From positions 1 to 26,113 of IMG/VR virus record IMGVR_UViG_2534681901_000004: a stretch of DNA of 26,113 bases, one strand, 5' to 3'. The notes beneath the pieces were generated by a model, which worked only from the letters and a program-made list of their open reading frames with translations, ran no database searches and had not been told where the DNA came from. Made by a program: the position numbers and the translations under genes. The number at the start of each line of letters is the position of its first letter. Within the stretch, counting starts at the first letter, position 1. Below are positions 16,353 through 25,591 of the stretch, piece by piece. This DNA comes from a virus.

Positions 16353-16712
16353 ATGGCCACCGCAACGCCGACGGACGTCCGCCTCGAGATCGACACGAAG
16401 CTGGGCGACGAGAAGATCCAGAAGGTCATCGAGCGCAAGGCGCGCGACATCGATCGCGACGACAACGTCGGCGGCCTCGACGATCCAGATCGGCGCGACC
16501 TCGAGGCCGTGCTGGCGGCGCTGCACATCGCGACGAAACTCGACCGGGCAGCCAGCAGCCAACAGGTCGGGAACGCACAGAAGTCCTACGAGGAGTCGTC
16601 CGTCGACGAACTCCGAGCTGACGCTCGCCGGCTCGGGGCGACGGACGAACTGCTGGGAATCGGTGCGATGAACAAGACCGCGTCGATCAGCGTCCCCGAT
16701 ACGAGGGGCTGA
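16353..16712 (+). CDS. Head-tail adaptor (SPP1 gp15 / HK97 gp6-like)
   Basis: 119 aa, helical; EAVLAALHIA followed by SSQQVGNAQKSY; gene order. Confidence 0.7.
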   Translation: MATATPTDVRLEIDTKLGDEKIQKVIERKARDIDRDDNVGGLDDPDRRDLEAVLAALHIATKLDRAASSQQVGNAQKSYEESSVDELRADARRLGATDELLGIGAMNKTASISVPDTRG

Positions 16713-16720
16713 CCTGACCC

Positions 16721-17167
16721 ATGCTTTCTGGCTTCGAAAACGACGAGGCGGTGTTCTTCGTCGAGCGTCAGGTCGGGTCCGAAGAGGGCCCGTACGGCGA
16801 GACCGAGCCAGTCTACGTGTGGATCCCGCTGTCGCTCGAAGACGACCAGTGGGACTACGTCGACGGCGAGGTCGTCTACGACGAGGCCGACGTCGAGGCC
16901 GCCGAGGTACGGTCCGAGCAGCGCAGTGCCGAGTACATTCGCGAGGTCTACTCGGAATGGCCACAGGAGGTCTATCGGCTGTACGTCGATCCAGTGGACG
17001 TCGGCTCGATCACGGGGGGTAACTACGAACTCGAGATCGAGGCTGACGACCGCGTCGACCTCGTAAGCGTCGACGGTCGGTTCGCGACCCAGCCGCCGAA
17101 CGTCCAGCGGCTCGACTCGGCCGTTCCAGAGTACGTCGAACTCGAAGTGACGAGAGTGGAGGTCTGA
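16721..17167 (+). CDS. Head closure/stopper protein (SPP1 gp16-like)
   Basis: Beta-rich, 148 aa; GPYGETEPVY hairpin and IEADDRV; position between adaptor and HK97 gp10-like gene. Confidence 0.6.
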   Translation: MLSGFENDEAVFFVERQVGSEEGPYGETEPVYVWIPLSLEDDQWDYVDGEVVYDEADVEAAEVRSEQRSAEYIREVYSEWPQEVYRLYVDPVDVGSITGGNYELEIEADDRVDLVSVDGRFATQPPNVQRLDSAVPEYVELEVTRVEV

Positions 17168-17169
17168 CG

Positions 17170-17556
17170 ATGGACGTCAACCTCGACTTCGAGAGCGGCT
17201 TCGCTCCCGAGGACGCCCAGGAGGTGTTCGAGAGCATGGTCGAGAGCGCTGACGACCAGCTCATGGAGCGGATGGAAGAGGCCGAGCAGAACATCCAGAA
17301 AGAGGCCCAGCAGCGCTCCCCCGTCGACACCGGGAACCTCCGGGCCTCGTGGACGGGGCTAACCGAGGCTCGGCGCGGGACGATCATGACCGAGGTCGGC
17401 AACACCACCGACTACGCCGAGTTCGTCGAGAAGGGGACCAGCAAGATGGCCGCGCAACCGATGCTCCGGCCGGCGATGGACCGCGAGCAGATGGCGCTGA
17501 TCCGCGACATCGAGCAGCTGGTCACGAAGATCGCCGCGAAGGAGGGCAACGCATGA
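17170..17556 (+). CDS. HK97 gp10-like tail completion/neck protein
   Basis: SPVDTGNLRASW; YAEFVEKGTSKMAAQPMLRPA. Confidence 0.92.
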   Translation: MDVNLDFESGFAPEDAQEVFESMVESADDQLMERMEEAEQNIQKEAQQRSPVDTGNLRASWTGLTEARRGTIMTEVGNTTDYAEFVEKGTSKMAAQPMLRPAMDREQMALIRDIEQLVTKIAAKEGNA

Positions 17557-17984
17557 CCTACGGCCTACACGATGCCCTGCGGGACACGATCGTCGACCTG
17601 CGGGATCACGACGAACTCGTCACGCACCTCGAGGATACCAGTGCGATCGACGAGGGTTGGCCGAAGGATCCCCAGGAGTACCCGGTCGTCGTCCGTGTCC
17701 AGCCGGTCACGGAGACATCGAACTCTCAGCGAGAGTTCTCGACGATCCAGCGGCAGTTCCGGGTCCAAGTCGCGGTCGTCGCGAAGGACTCCTGGCGCTC
17801 CGACCAGGACGCCCCGACCTACCGGATAGCCGAGATCATGGCGGCGGTCGCCGACCGACTCGACGTCGCCGTCGACGCGCCGGAGCTGCTGCCCAGCGGC
17901 ACCGACTCGAGCGGCTGGACCGAGGTCACCGGCGACCGCCTCGCGCTCACCCAGGACTGGCTGACGATGACCTACACGCGATAA
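17553..17984 (+). CDS. Tail terminator protein (143 aa)
   Basis: ATGA overlap at 17553-17556; EYPVVV and FRVQVAV pattern; gene order. Confidence 0.7.
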   Translation: MTYGLHDALRDTIVDLRDHDELVTHLEDTSAIDEGWPKDPQEYPVVVRVQPVTETSNSQREFSTIQRQFRVQVAVVAKDSWRSDQDAPTYRIAEIMAAVADRLDVAVDAPELLPSGTDSSGWTEVTGDRLALTQDWLTMTYTR

Positions 17985-17986
17985 CG

Positions 17987-18130
17987 ATGCCATCAGGAGA
18001 GATCGCCCGCGGTCCAACCGCGCACGTCGACGCACAGATCACCAACGCCCAGCCCGACGCGGCGTTCGGTCGAGACGACACTGGCCGGGTGACCGGCCGA
18101 CTGGCCATCTACGGCCCCGGGGAACCATAA
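17987..18130 (+). CDS. Small hypothetical protein (47 aa)
   Basis: Fills the gap between terminator and the next gene; TAA-CG-ATG junction as at other tail genes. Confidence 0.55.
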   Translation: MPSGEIARGPTAHVDAQITNAQPDAAFGRDDTGRVTGRLAIYGPGEP

Positions 18131-18131
18131 C

Positions 18132-18446
18132 ATGACGATCAAATCAGCCTACGCCGGCGAGGACATCCCGATCCAGATCGCGTACACGAACGCGGCCGGG
18201 GCGGTCGATCCGGACGACCAGGACACCGACGACACACCCGATGCCGACATCACGATCACCGCCAACAGCGACGGGACCGAAGTGATCTCGGCCCAGGCGA
18301 TGACGCACAACGACGTCGGAGAGTTCGAGTACGTCTGGGACACCGACGCCGACGCGAACGGCGAGGGTACGTACCTGGTTGAGGTCACCGCCGAGTTCAG
18401 TGGCGAAACAAAGATCAACCGATCGCAGATCACGCTCAAGGAGTAA
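18132..18446 (+). CDS. Stand-alone Ig-like beta-sandwich protein (104 aa)
   Basis: GEFEYVWDT...GEGTYLVEVTAEF strand pattern typical of Ig-like domains. Confidence 0.7.
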   Translation: MTIKSAYAGEDIPIQIAYTNAAGAVDPDDQDTDDTPDADITITANSDGTEVISAQAMTHNDVGEFEYVWDTDADANGEGTYLVEVTAEFSGETKINRSQITLKE

Positions 18447-18449
18447 CCT

Positions 18450-18968
18450 ATGGCAGACATCACCAACGATCTCGAAGTCGAGGGTAGTATCGTATCGGTC
18501 GTCCACTGCGACGAGAGTGGCACCGACCCAGTCCGAACCGTACTCGCACTGTGTACCAAAGACGACCTCTCGGTGTCGATCGACGAGTCGGACGACGACT
18601 TCAATCCCGGATCGCAGCGACGCACCAAGCGGATCCGGACGAACAACACGATCGACGTCGAAGTCGCGTCCGCGATCGCGCCGGACCTCGAGTCGCTCGA
18701 GATGATCGGCGTGGCCGACTCCGACGGGAAGATCACGTTCGACAGCTCCGACCGGAAGATCAACGGCGACGAGTACCTTGAGATCGCGTACTTCGCCGAC
18801 GAGCCGGACTTCAGCACGGTCGACATGGAAGCGGACTCCGAGCTCCTCCACCGCTTCGAAGACTGCGAGGTCACGTCGCCGGAGATCGACCCCTCTGCGA
18901 CGCCGCCGACGGCCTCGTGGACGACCTGGGTGGAGGGCGACGCCTGGATCGACTACTCGAGCGCCTAA
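18450..18968 (+). CDS. Major tail (tube) protein
   Basis: 172 aa, beta-rich; long hairpin DDLSVSIDESDDDF...RIRTNNTIDVEV; directly before the chaperone and tape measure. Confidence 0.8.
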   Translation: MADITNDLEVEGSIVSVVHCDESGTDPVRTVLALCTKDDLSVSIDESDDDFNPGSQRRTKRIRTNNTIDVEVASAIAPDLESLEMIGVADSDGKITFDSSDRKINGDEYLEIAYFADEPDFSTVDMEADSELLHRFEDCEVTSPEIDPSATPPTASWTTWVEGDAWIDYSSA

Positions 18969-18979
18969 CTGACTGAGCC

Positions 18980-19471
18980 ATGACTGTCGCCAACGCCAGC
19001 GCCGCGAACGCGGCGCTCGACACGATGCAGGAGCAGGAGCGGGAGCAGCAGCGCGAAACAGCCGAACTCTACGGGAAGGCCCAGCAACTCTTCGACGCCC
19101 GTTCGCGAGACACGTTCACTGTCGAACGCCACGGCGTCGAGATCGAGTTCCTGTATCCCGACCCCGAGACACAGCAGGAGTTCGAAGACCGCCAGCAGGC
19201 CGTTCTCGAGAAGGCTCAGGACGATGCTGATCTTTTCGATCTCCTTGAGGAGGCTCAGGTCGGCATCGAACAGATGGAGGAGACGCTCTCCGAACACGCC
19301 GTCGACCCGTCGTTCAACGACCCCTCCGTCTGGCGCGAGACAGTCGGGTTCACGGAGGACGAAGTCGGCGACCTCTACCAAGATTTTTTGGCGCTTGGCG
19401 AGGGCGAGACGCAGTCTCAGAATCTCGAGATGTTGCAGACTCTCCTATCGGACGGTTCCTCGAGTGGCTGA
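18980..19471 (+). CDS. Tail assembly chaperone (lambda gpG-like)
   Basis: Between tail tube and tape measure; contains slippery site T TTT TTG at 19384-19390. Confidence 0.85.
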   Translation: MTVANASAANAALDTMQEQEREQQRETAELYGKAQQLFDARSRDTFTVERHGVEIEFLYPDPETQQEFEDRQQAVLEKAQDDADLFDLLEEAQVGIEQMEETLSEHAVDPSFNDPSVWRETVGFTEDEVGDLYQDFLALGEGETQSQNLEMLQTLLSDGSSSG

Positions 19472-19599
19472 ACCGCGAGCAACGCTACCGGCCCGAGGAG
19501 TTCTTCGCGATGGACGAGGCGGAGCGGGCCTTCTGGATCACTCGCTATAGCAAGTACCAAGAAGAGCGCCAGAAGCTCGGCGATCAGTTCTCCATCTGA
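19384..19599 (+). CDS. -1 frame extension of the chaperone (gpGT-like; fusion ~206 aa)
   Basis: The -1 frame reads GAWRGRDAVSESRDVADSPIGRFLEWLNREQRYRPEEFFAMDEAERAFWITRYSKYQEERQKLGDQFSI to TGA 19597-19599; absent from the ORF track. Confidence 0.85.
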   Translation, partial: FFGAWRGRDAVSESRDVADSPIGRFLEWLNREQRYRPEEFFAMDEAERAFWITRYSKYQEERQKLGDQFSI

Positions 19600-19623
19600 C
19601 TACTTTTCGACACTACGACAGCC

Positions 19624-21975
19624 ATGCCTACGATATCAACACTCACCGCCGTCCTCGAGCTGGACAAGTCCGACTTCGAGTCGAAACTCGACACCGCAAA
19701 ACGGGACCTCGACGGCTTTGGTTCCCGGGCCCAGCAGACGGGCGAGAAGCTGACAGCTGCCGGGAAGTCGATGACGATGGGGATCACGGCTCCCCTCACT
19801 GCGATGGGCGCGCTCTCGGCTCGGACAGCGGCGAACTTCGACCAGGCGATGCAGCGGTCGATCGCCGTGATGGGCGACGTCGACGAGGCGATGCGCGAGG
19901 ACCTCGAGGAAAGAGCGAGGCAGGTCGCAAACACGACGACTCATAGTGCGAGTCAGGCGGCGGAGAGCTACTACTACCTCGCCAGCGCCGGCCTCGATGC
20001 TGCACAGGCGATGGAAGCGATGCCCCAGGTCGCCGCGTTCGCCGAGGCTGGGAACATGCAGATGGCCGAGGCGACCGATGTCGCGACGAACGTCATGTCG
20101 GCGTACAACTACGAGGCCAGTGAGATGTCCGAAGTGACGGACACGCTCACCGCGACGGTCTCGAACCACAACCAGACGATGCAGGACATGAGTACTGCCA
20201 TGTCCCGCGTCGCGCCGATCGCCTCGTCGCTCGGCGTCTCGATCGAAGAGACATCCGCGGCGATCGGGCAGATGGGCGACGTCGGCATCCAAGGCGAGCG
20301 GGCCGGAACGGCGCTTCGAAACGTCTTGTCTCAGCTCTCCGACGAGGCCTCGCCAGTTACCAAGCGGCTCGAGGAAATGGGCGTCCAGACTCGGGACGCG
20401 GAGGGGAACGTCCTCTCGCTGACACAGATCCTCGAGAACATGGAAGAGGCTGGCGTCGAGGCTGGCGACGCGGCGCGGATCTTCGGGACCGAAGCGGGGC
20501 CGGCGATGGCCGCGCTCATGGAGCAGGGGTCGGACGCGCTCGAGCAGAACACGCAACGTCTTCGCGAAGCCGAAGGCGCGACGACCGACATGGCACAGAC
20601 CCAGCGCGACACGCTCAACGCCGAGATGCAGATCGCGCGCTCGAACCTCGAGGACGTCGGAATCGCGATCGGTTCTCAGCTAATTCCGATGCTCACGACG
20701 GCAACTGGATACATCAAGGGCGCTGCTCAGACGTTCCAGGGGCTGAACGACGGCCAGCAGCGGGCGATCATCGTCGCCGGCGGGCTGGCAGCTGCCCTCG
20801 GCCCAATCCTCATGATGGTCGGACTGCTGGCCCAGTCTGTCGTTGCCCTGTCTGGGGCCTATGGCGTCCTATCGGGGGCGTCCTTAGGCCTCTCGGGGAC
20901 ACTGACGGGAACACTTGTCCCGTCGACGATCGCAGCCCAAGGCGGCCTCACCGGGATGGCCGCCAGCGCCCTCGCCGCACAAGTAAGCATCATGGGTTTG
21001 ACAGCCCCTGTCTGGGCCGTCATTGGTGCTATTGGGTTACTGATAGGTGCAGTCGGCGCTTTTGCCGTCGCCTACCAGCGCAACTGGAAGGGCGTTCGCG
21101 ACTACACGGAGTGGGCGATCGACCCGATCACCGACGGTATCGACTGGTTTGTCGAGAAGCTATTCGGGATCAGTTCCGCCTCCGAAAAGGTCGCAGGCGC
21201 ATTCGGTGATTTCATAGATTGGGTAATTGAAAAGATCAATAGCATACCCAAAATCAACCTCGATAGCGGCGACCTCGGCGATTTCGACACATCGTCTGCG
21301 AAGCCTGGCGATAAGAGTGCCAGCGATGTCATGGGCTCCGAAGACTTCGAGCAGCAGGGCCAACAGGCGGGGCAGGACTTCGGGTCCGGCTTCCAGGAGG
21401 GCCTCGTCGAGGGCCTCGAAACGGAGCAGGTCGATCAGGTCCTCAGCGAGGACCTCGAGGAGATCACCACCGAGATCGAGGACCTCCGATCCGGGATGAC
21501 CACCCAGTCCGAGTGGGAACGGGTCGAGGAACTCGAACAGCAGGCCGAGCAGCTCCGGCAGCAGCGCCAGCAACTCGAGGAGACGGGCGACGTCACTACC
21601 GTCGACCAGGAGTACGTCGCCGAAGCCGCCCGCCGCGACCTCCAGGAAGAGCAGGAGCGTGCGGAGTACATGGAGGACGTCTACAGTCGGCTCGACGAGG
21701 AGGAGCTGGACGCGAACGTCGACACGAATCGCGAGGTCTCGCTCTCCGACGAGGACATCCAGTCGCTGGATGCCGAGACCATCCAGTCGATGACCGAGCA
21801 GGAGGGCGACGATCCGACGAAGAAGATCCTCGAGGAACTGAAACAGCTCCGCAGCGATCTCAACTCGCTCCGGCTGCGCGTCGACCTGGAACACAACTGC
21901 CGTGAGTTCGAGAAGATCATGGAAGACACCGCGGAGGGGGTCTTCGAAGAAGAGATCAACAGCACCGGACCATAG
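19624..21975 (+). CDS. Tail tape measure protein (TP901-type core)
   Basis: MTMGITAPL, SASQAAESYYYLASAG, GIQGERAGTALRN and ARIFGTEA motifs; hydrophobic middle; acidic coiled-coil C-terminus. Confidence 0.95.
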   Translation: MPTISTLTAVLELDKSDFESKLDTAKRDLDGFGSRAQQTGEKLTAAGKSMTMGITAPLTAMGALSARTAANFDQAMQRSIAVMGDVDEAMREDLEERARQVANTTTHSASQAAESYYYLASAGLDAAQAMEAMPQVAAFAEAGNMQMAEATDVATNVMSAYNYEASEMSEVTDTLTATVSNHNQTMQDMSTAMSRVAPIASSLGVSIEETSAAIGQMGDVGIQGERAGTALRNVLSQLSDEASPVTKRLEEMGVQTRDAEGNVLSLTQILENMEEAGVEAGDAARIFGTEAGPAMAALMEQGSDALEQNTQRLREAEGATTDMAQTQRDTLNAEMQIARSNLEDVGIAIGSQLIPMLTTATGYIKGAAQTFQGLNDGQQRAIIVAGGLAAALGPILMMVGLLAQSVVALSGAYGVLSGASLGLSGTLTGTLVPSTIAAQGGLTGMAASALAAQVSIMGLTAPVWAVIGAIGLLIGAVGAFAVAYQRNWKGVRDYTEWAIDPITDGIDWFVEKLFGISSASEKVAGAFGDFIDWVIEKINSIPKINLDSGDLGDFDTSSAKPGDKSASDVMGSEDFEQQGQQAGQDFGSGFQEGLVEGLETEQVDQVLSEDLEEITTEIEDLRSGMTTQSEWERVEELEQQAEQLRQQRQQLEETGDVTTVDQEYVAEAARRDLQEEQERAEYMEDVYSRLDEEELDANVDTNREVSLSDEDIQSLDAETIQSMTEQEGDDPTKKILEELKQLRSDLNSLRLRVDLEHNCREFEKIMEDTAEGVFEEEINSTGP

Positions 21976-21977
21976 CG

Positions 21978-23108
21978 ATGCAACTGCACACACTCGAGTT
22001 CTCCAGCGATCAGGTCGGACAGATCAGCGTCGGGGCCAGCCCCGACACCACCGAACAGACACCGCTCGACGATCGCGGCTCAGCAGAGATGCTCGCAGGG
22101 CCGACCCCGTCGATCTCGTTCGACGTCGCCGTCGACGGACCAGACGGACGGCGCCGTGGCGCCGAACTCGAGCACCTTCTCTCCCAGCCGATGTTCGCCC
22201 CAGTCGCGGTCTCGATCCCATCCCAGCCCGACCTCGAGGGGTACTATGTGGGATCGAGCGTCGATCGCGACGTCGTCCTCTCGCAGGAGGGTGGCGACGA
22301 TCACCACGTCGTGCCGTTGACGCTCTCGCGGGCTGGGACGTCTGGATCGCACTACCGCGCTCTCGAGACGCGACCCGTCGACGACGAGATCGATCACCCA
22401 TATGGCAACGACACGACGCTCCTGGTTGGCCTCCCGGCAGTCGCCAAGCAGGTCCAGTGGTTTGATCCCGAGGGCGAAACGCGCCAGCTCGCGTCACCAA
22501 TCGAGACCCGCAGCGCCGAGGGCGGCGACGTCGAGATCTACGACCTCGCCGACGGCGAAGCTGCGGTTGGGACCGGGTCGCCGGCGCTCGTCTACGCGAT
22601 CGCTCTCGAGGCCGAGGGTGACGTCGACGTCGGTGTTTTCGATACGCAGGGGTCGGGAGACAGGGCCGACTGGGCCCAGATCTTCTCGCCGAAGACCGGC
22701 CTCACCGGCAGCGAGGTCGTGATGTGCAACGGCCTCATCCGGCTGCGCCTCGACGAGCCCAACAGTACCCTCGAGGCCCAGCGCTGGGACGCGACCAACA
22801 CGACTTGGACGACGGTCGGCCTCGAGGCAGACCAACCCTCGACCGTCGAGCTATTCGACGTCGATCTCGAGACGGTCGCGATGGCTCGCGATCGCGCCCA
22901 GTTGACCTTCACCGTCGACGGCTCGCTGTTCGCGCTCGACGCGATCCTCGCTCGCGGCGACAAGGACGTCCTCTTTACCATCCCCCCGAACGAGAGCGGC
23001 CCGATCCCGGCCGACCTCGAGAACTGGCTCTCGCCGGTCGCGAGCTCGAGCGTTGTCGATCCAAACGCCTCGAAGGACCTGGTCGCTCGCTCGGAGGTGC
23101 GTCGATAG
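21978..23108 (+). CDS. Putative distal tail / baseplate-proximal protein
   Basis: 376 aa, beta-rich, immediately after the tape measure; assignment by position only. Confidence 0.55.
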   Translation: MQLHTLEFSSDQVGQISVGASPDTTEQTPLDDRGSAEMLAGPTPSISFDVAVDGPDGRRRGAELEHLLSQPMFAPVAVSIPSQPDLEGYYVGSSVDRDVVLSQEGGDDHHVVPLTLSRAGTSGSHYRALETRPVDDEIDHPYGNDTTLLVGLPAVAKQVQWFDPEGETRQLASPIETRSAEGGDVEIYDLADGEAAVGTGSPALVYAIALEAEGDVDVGVFDTQGSGDRADWAQIFSPKTGLTGSEVVMCNGLIRLRLDEPNSTLEAQRWDATNTTWTTVGLEADQPSTVELFDVDLETVAMARDRAQLTFTVDGSLFALDAILARGDKDVLFTIPPNESGPIPADLENWLSPVASSSVVDPNASKDLVARSEVRR

Positions 23109-25589
23109 ATGCCGATCGTCCACGACTTCGAGACCATTGATACCACGCAATGGAACGGGAATACTGGCGATCTCTCCCGAAACAACGATAGCTGGGCTGT
23201 CACCAACGGGAGCTATGCAGCGAAATATGCCGCGCCGTCGGGGACAACGAAGGTGTGGACGACGACGGAAAACGAGTATGACATCTCCCGCGGCGATCTC
23301 TTCTGGGTCGATATCTACTATCGGGTCGATCAGTACGATATCTATTTTGCCGTGCAGGACGCGAACAACTGGATTCGTGGTGAGTTCGACCAAGGCGGTG
23401 ATGCGATGCGGCTCAAACAGTGCATCGACGGCACTGTCGAAACGCTGGGGGACAGTAGCGTCTCGATCTACGAAACAGGCACCGTCAACCTTCGATTCGA
23501 TTGGCAGTCTGACGGCAAAATTCATTTTGAATACTTTGTCGATGGGAGCAACGAGGGCGGAGTGATCGGTACTGAAAGCATCCCGTGGGATGGAGGCGGC
23601 ATCGGGATCGGAGCCCAAACGAGCAGTTCCCAGGACCAATGGGCGGACTTCTGGCGGATCGAGAACACCATCGACTCTCCGTCCAATCTCTCCGCCGCCG
23701 ACGATCCGATGAATGCTGTGGTCAACCTCTCGTGGACCGATAATTCGGAGTACGAGAGTGAGTTCCGTATCTACCGGGCGACGAGTTCTGGATCGTCAAA
23801 AAGCGACTACACGCAGATCGCGACTGTCGGGGAGAACACGACGAGTTACACCGATACATCGGTCGATGCGGGGACGACCTACTACTACCGGGTTTCGGCC
23901 TACGAGTCCTACGACGGCGAGAGCGCGCTGTCGAACGAGGCTTCAGCGAGTGCCACGCCCGGGCCACCATCGAGCATCTCGGCGACCGTCGACGCCGACG
24001 ATCAGATCACGGTGTCGTTCGATGATGGTGGGGGTGCAGGCAGCTACGAGGTCGAGATGGACCGGAATGGGACAGGGTTCGTGTCTCCGGCTGGGGGTCC
24101 ATCGAGTATTACCGACGACGGTTCGAGCAGCTACTCGGCGACCTATGGACCGGAAAATTCTGGCGGATCGCCGAAAGACTACGGCGCGTCGGTCGGGCTC
24201 GACTCGAGCTTCCAGTTCCGTGTACGGTCGGTTTCGAACGGAGTTACGTCTGACTGGGCCTCGAGCGGGACGGTCTACACGTCGCCGATCCCGCCGTACA
24301 ACCCGAGCGTCTCGAGGCCCAGTGCAACCGAGATCACTTTCGAGTTCGAAAATCGATCGGACATCGTTGATTCTGTTGAGGTCGAATTCCGGGAAGACGA
24401 AGGCTCCGGGTATGGCACATGGAATCAATCGTCTGCTACTCCCGCTACACCCGGAACTACAATCGATGCTCCGGAAGACGCTCGTTTTCAGTTCCGTCTT
24501 CGATCTGTTGGGCCGGACGACAAAACATCCGAGTGGGTCTACGCCGACTACGGCAACGGGGGCAACGTCTACTTCGAGGACGACTTCTCGAGTGGCGACG
24601 CCTCGGCGTGGGATAGCAACTCGATCGGTACAGGCGGCGTCACTAGCACGTTAGCCTCGACGTTCTCGGCGGGGGACAATACACAGAGTCCCGAAACCGG
24701 GGGGTACGCGGTCGAAATGGGAGATACCGGGTGGCTTGTCAAAAACCTCGGTGATCTCTCCGGCGAGTCGGATGTCCACGTCCGGCTGAGGGTTCAGGCA
24801 GCCAGCAACGACGGCGCCTACGAACGCGGTGATCTGTGGTGGTATGACGGCTCTTCGTGGCAGACCCTCGAGCAGTGGGGGTGGCAGCACGACGGGCAGG
24901 GTTGGATGGAGTACCATGCCCTCGTCCCTGACAGTTACCTTTCGACTGACAACCGTGTCCAGATCGGGCGCGATGAGGGCGCCGGTGTCGACTACATCGC
25001 GTTCGACGAGATCGTCGTCAGCGACATCCTGCACGAGTACACTAAACCGGCAGCACCATACGGACTCACACTTGATGCCAGCGTCGAGGGTGAGATTACT
25101 GCCTCGTGGACATCCGACGCTGCTTTCTTGGACAACCAAGACTTCCTGTGGAAAAGGAGCGATGGGTCCTATAACGTTGAATACGGGATTGGTACCGGGG
25201 AATCATATACACTCTCTTCGTTGGATGACGGTGAGCAATACACGATCTACGTAAAATCCGTTGTGAGAGAGGTGCGCAACGGGGAGATGAAATACAATTG
25301 GTGGAGAACAGCAAGCAACGAAGAGAGCGCGGTAACGTTCCTCCCGGCCCCGACGAACCTCACCGTCGACGCGACCTCCGCGACCTCGGTCGACCTCTCG
25401 TGGACAGACAACCATGACTACGGCGACACGCAGGTCCAGTACAAGCCGTCCGACGCCTCGACGTGGACGACGTTTGCGACCGTCTCGCGGGGGACGGGGG
25501 CGGAGTCGATTACGGGACTCTTGAACGGCGAACAGTACGACGCCCGCGTCGTTGCGACCACTGAACACACCACTACGGAGGACGCATAA
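23109..25589 (+). CDS. FN3-repeat tail adhesin (about five FN3 domains plus two lectin/CBM-like beta-sandwich modules)
   Basis: FN3 signatures SPSNLSA..VNLSWTDNS..FRIYR..YYYRVSAY and LPAPTNLTV..VDLSWTDN; jelly-roll-like modules opening HDFE and FEDDFSSG and closing ADFWRIE and AFDEIVV. Confidence 0.85.
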   Translation: MPIVHDFETIDTTQWNGNTGDLSRNNDSWAVTNGSYAAKYAAPSGTTKVWTTTENEYDISRGDLFWVDIYYRVDQYDIYFAVQDANNWIRGEFDQGGDAMRLKQCIDGTVETLGDSSVSIYETGTVNLRFDWQSDGKIHFEYFVDGSNEGGVIGTESIPWDGGGIGIGAQTSSSQDQWADFWRIENTIDSPSNLSAADDPMNAVVNLSWTDNSEYESEFRIYRATSSGSSKSDYTQIATVGENTTSYTDTSVDAGTTYYYRVSAYESYDGESALSNEASASATPGPPSSISATVDADDQITVSFDDGGGAGSYEVEMDRNGTGFVSPAGGPSSITDDGSSSYSATYGPENSGGSPKDYGASVGLDSSFQFRVRSVSNGVTSDWASSGTVYTSPIPPYNPSVSRPSATEITFEFENRSDIVDSVEVEFREDEGSGYGTWNQSSATPATPGTTIDAPEDARFQFRLRSVGPDDKTSEWVYADYGNGGNVYFEDDFSSGDASAWDSNSIGTGGVTSTLASTFSAGDNTQSPETGGYAVEMGDTGWLVKNLGDLSGESDVHVRLRVQAASNDGAYERGDLWWYDGSSWQTLEQWGWQHDGQGWMEYHALVPDSYLSTDNRVQIGRDEGAGVDYIAFDEIVVSDILHEYTKPAAPYGLTLDASVEGEITASWTSDAAFLDNQDFLWKRSDGSYNVEYGIGTGESYTLSSLDDGEQYTIYVKSVVREVRNGEMKYNWWRTASNEESAVTFLPAPTNLTVDATSATSVDLSWTDNHDYGDTQVQYKPSDASTWTTFATVSRGTGAESITGLLNGEQYDARVVATTEHTTTEDA

Positions 25590-25591
25590 CG

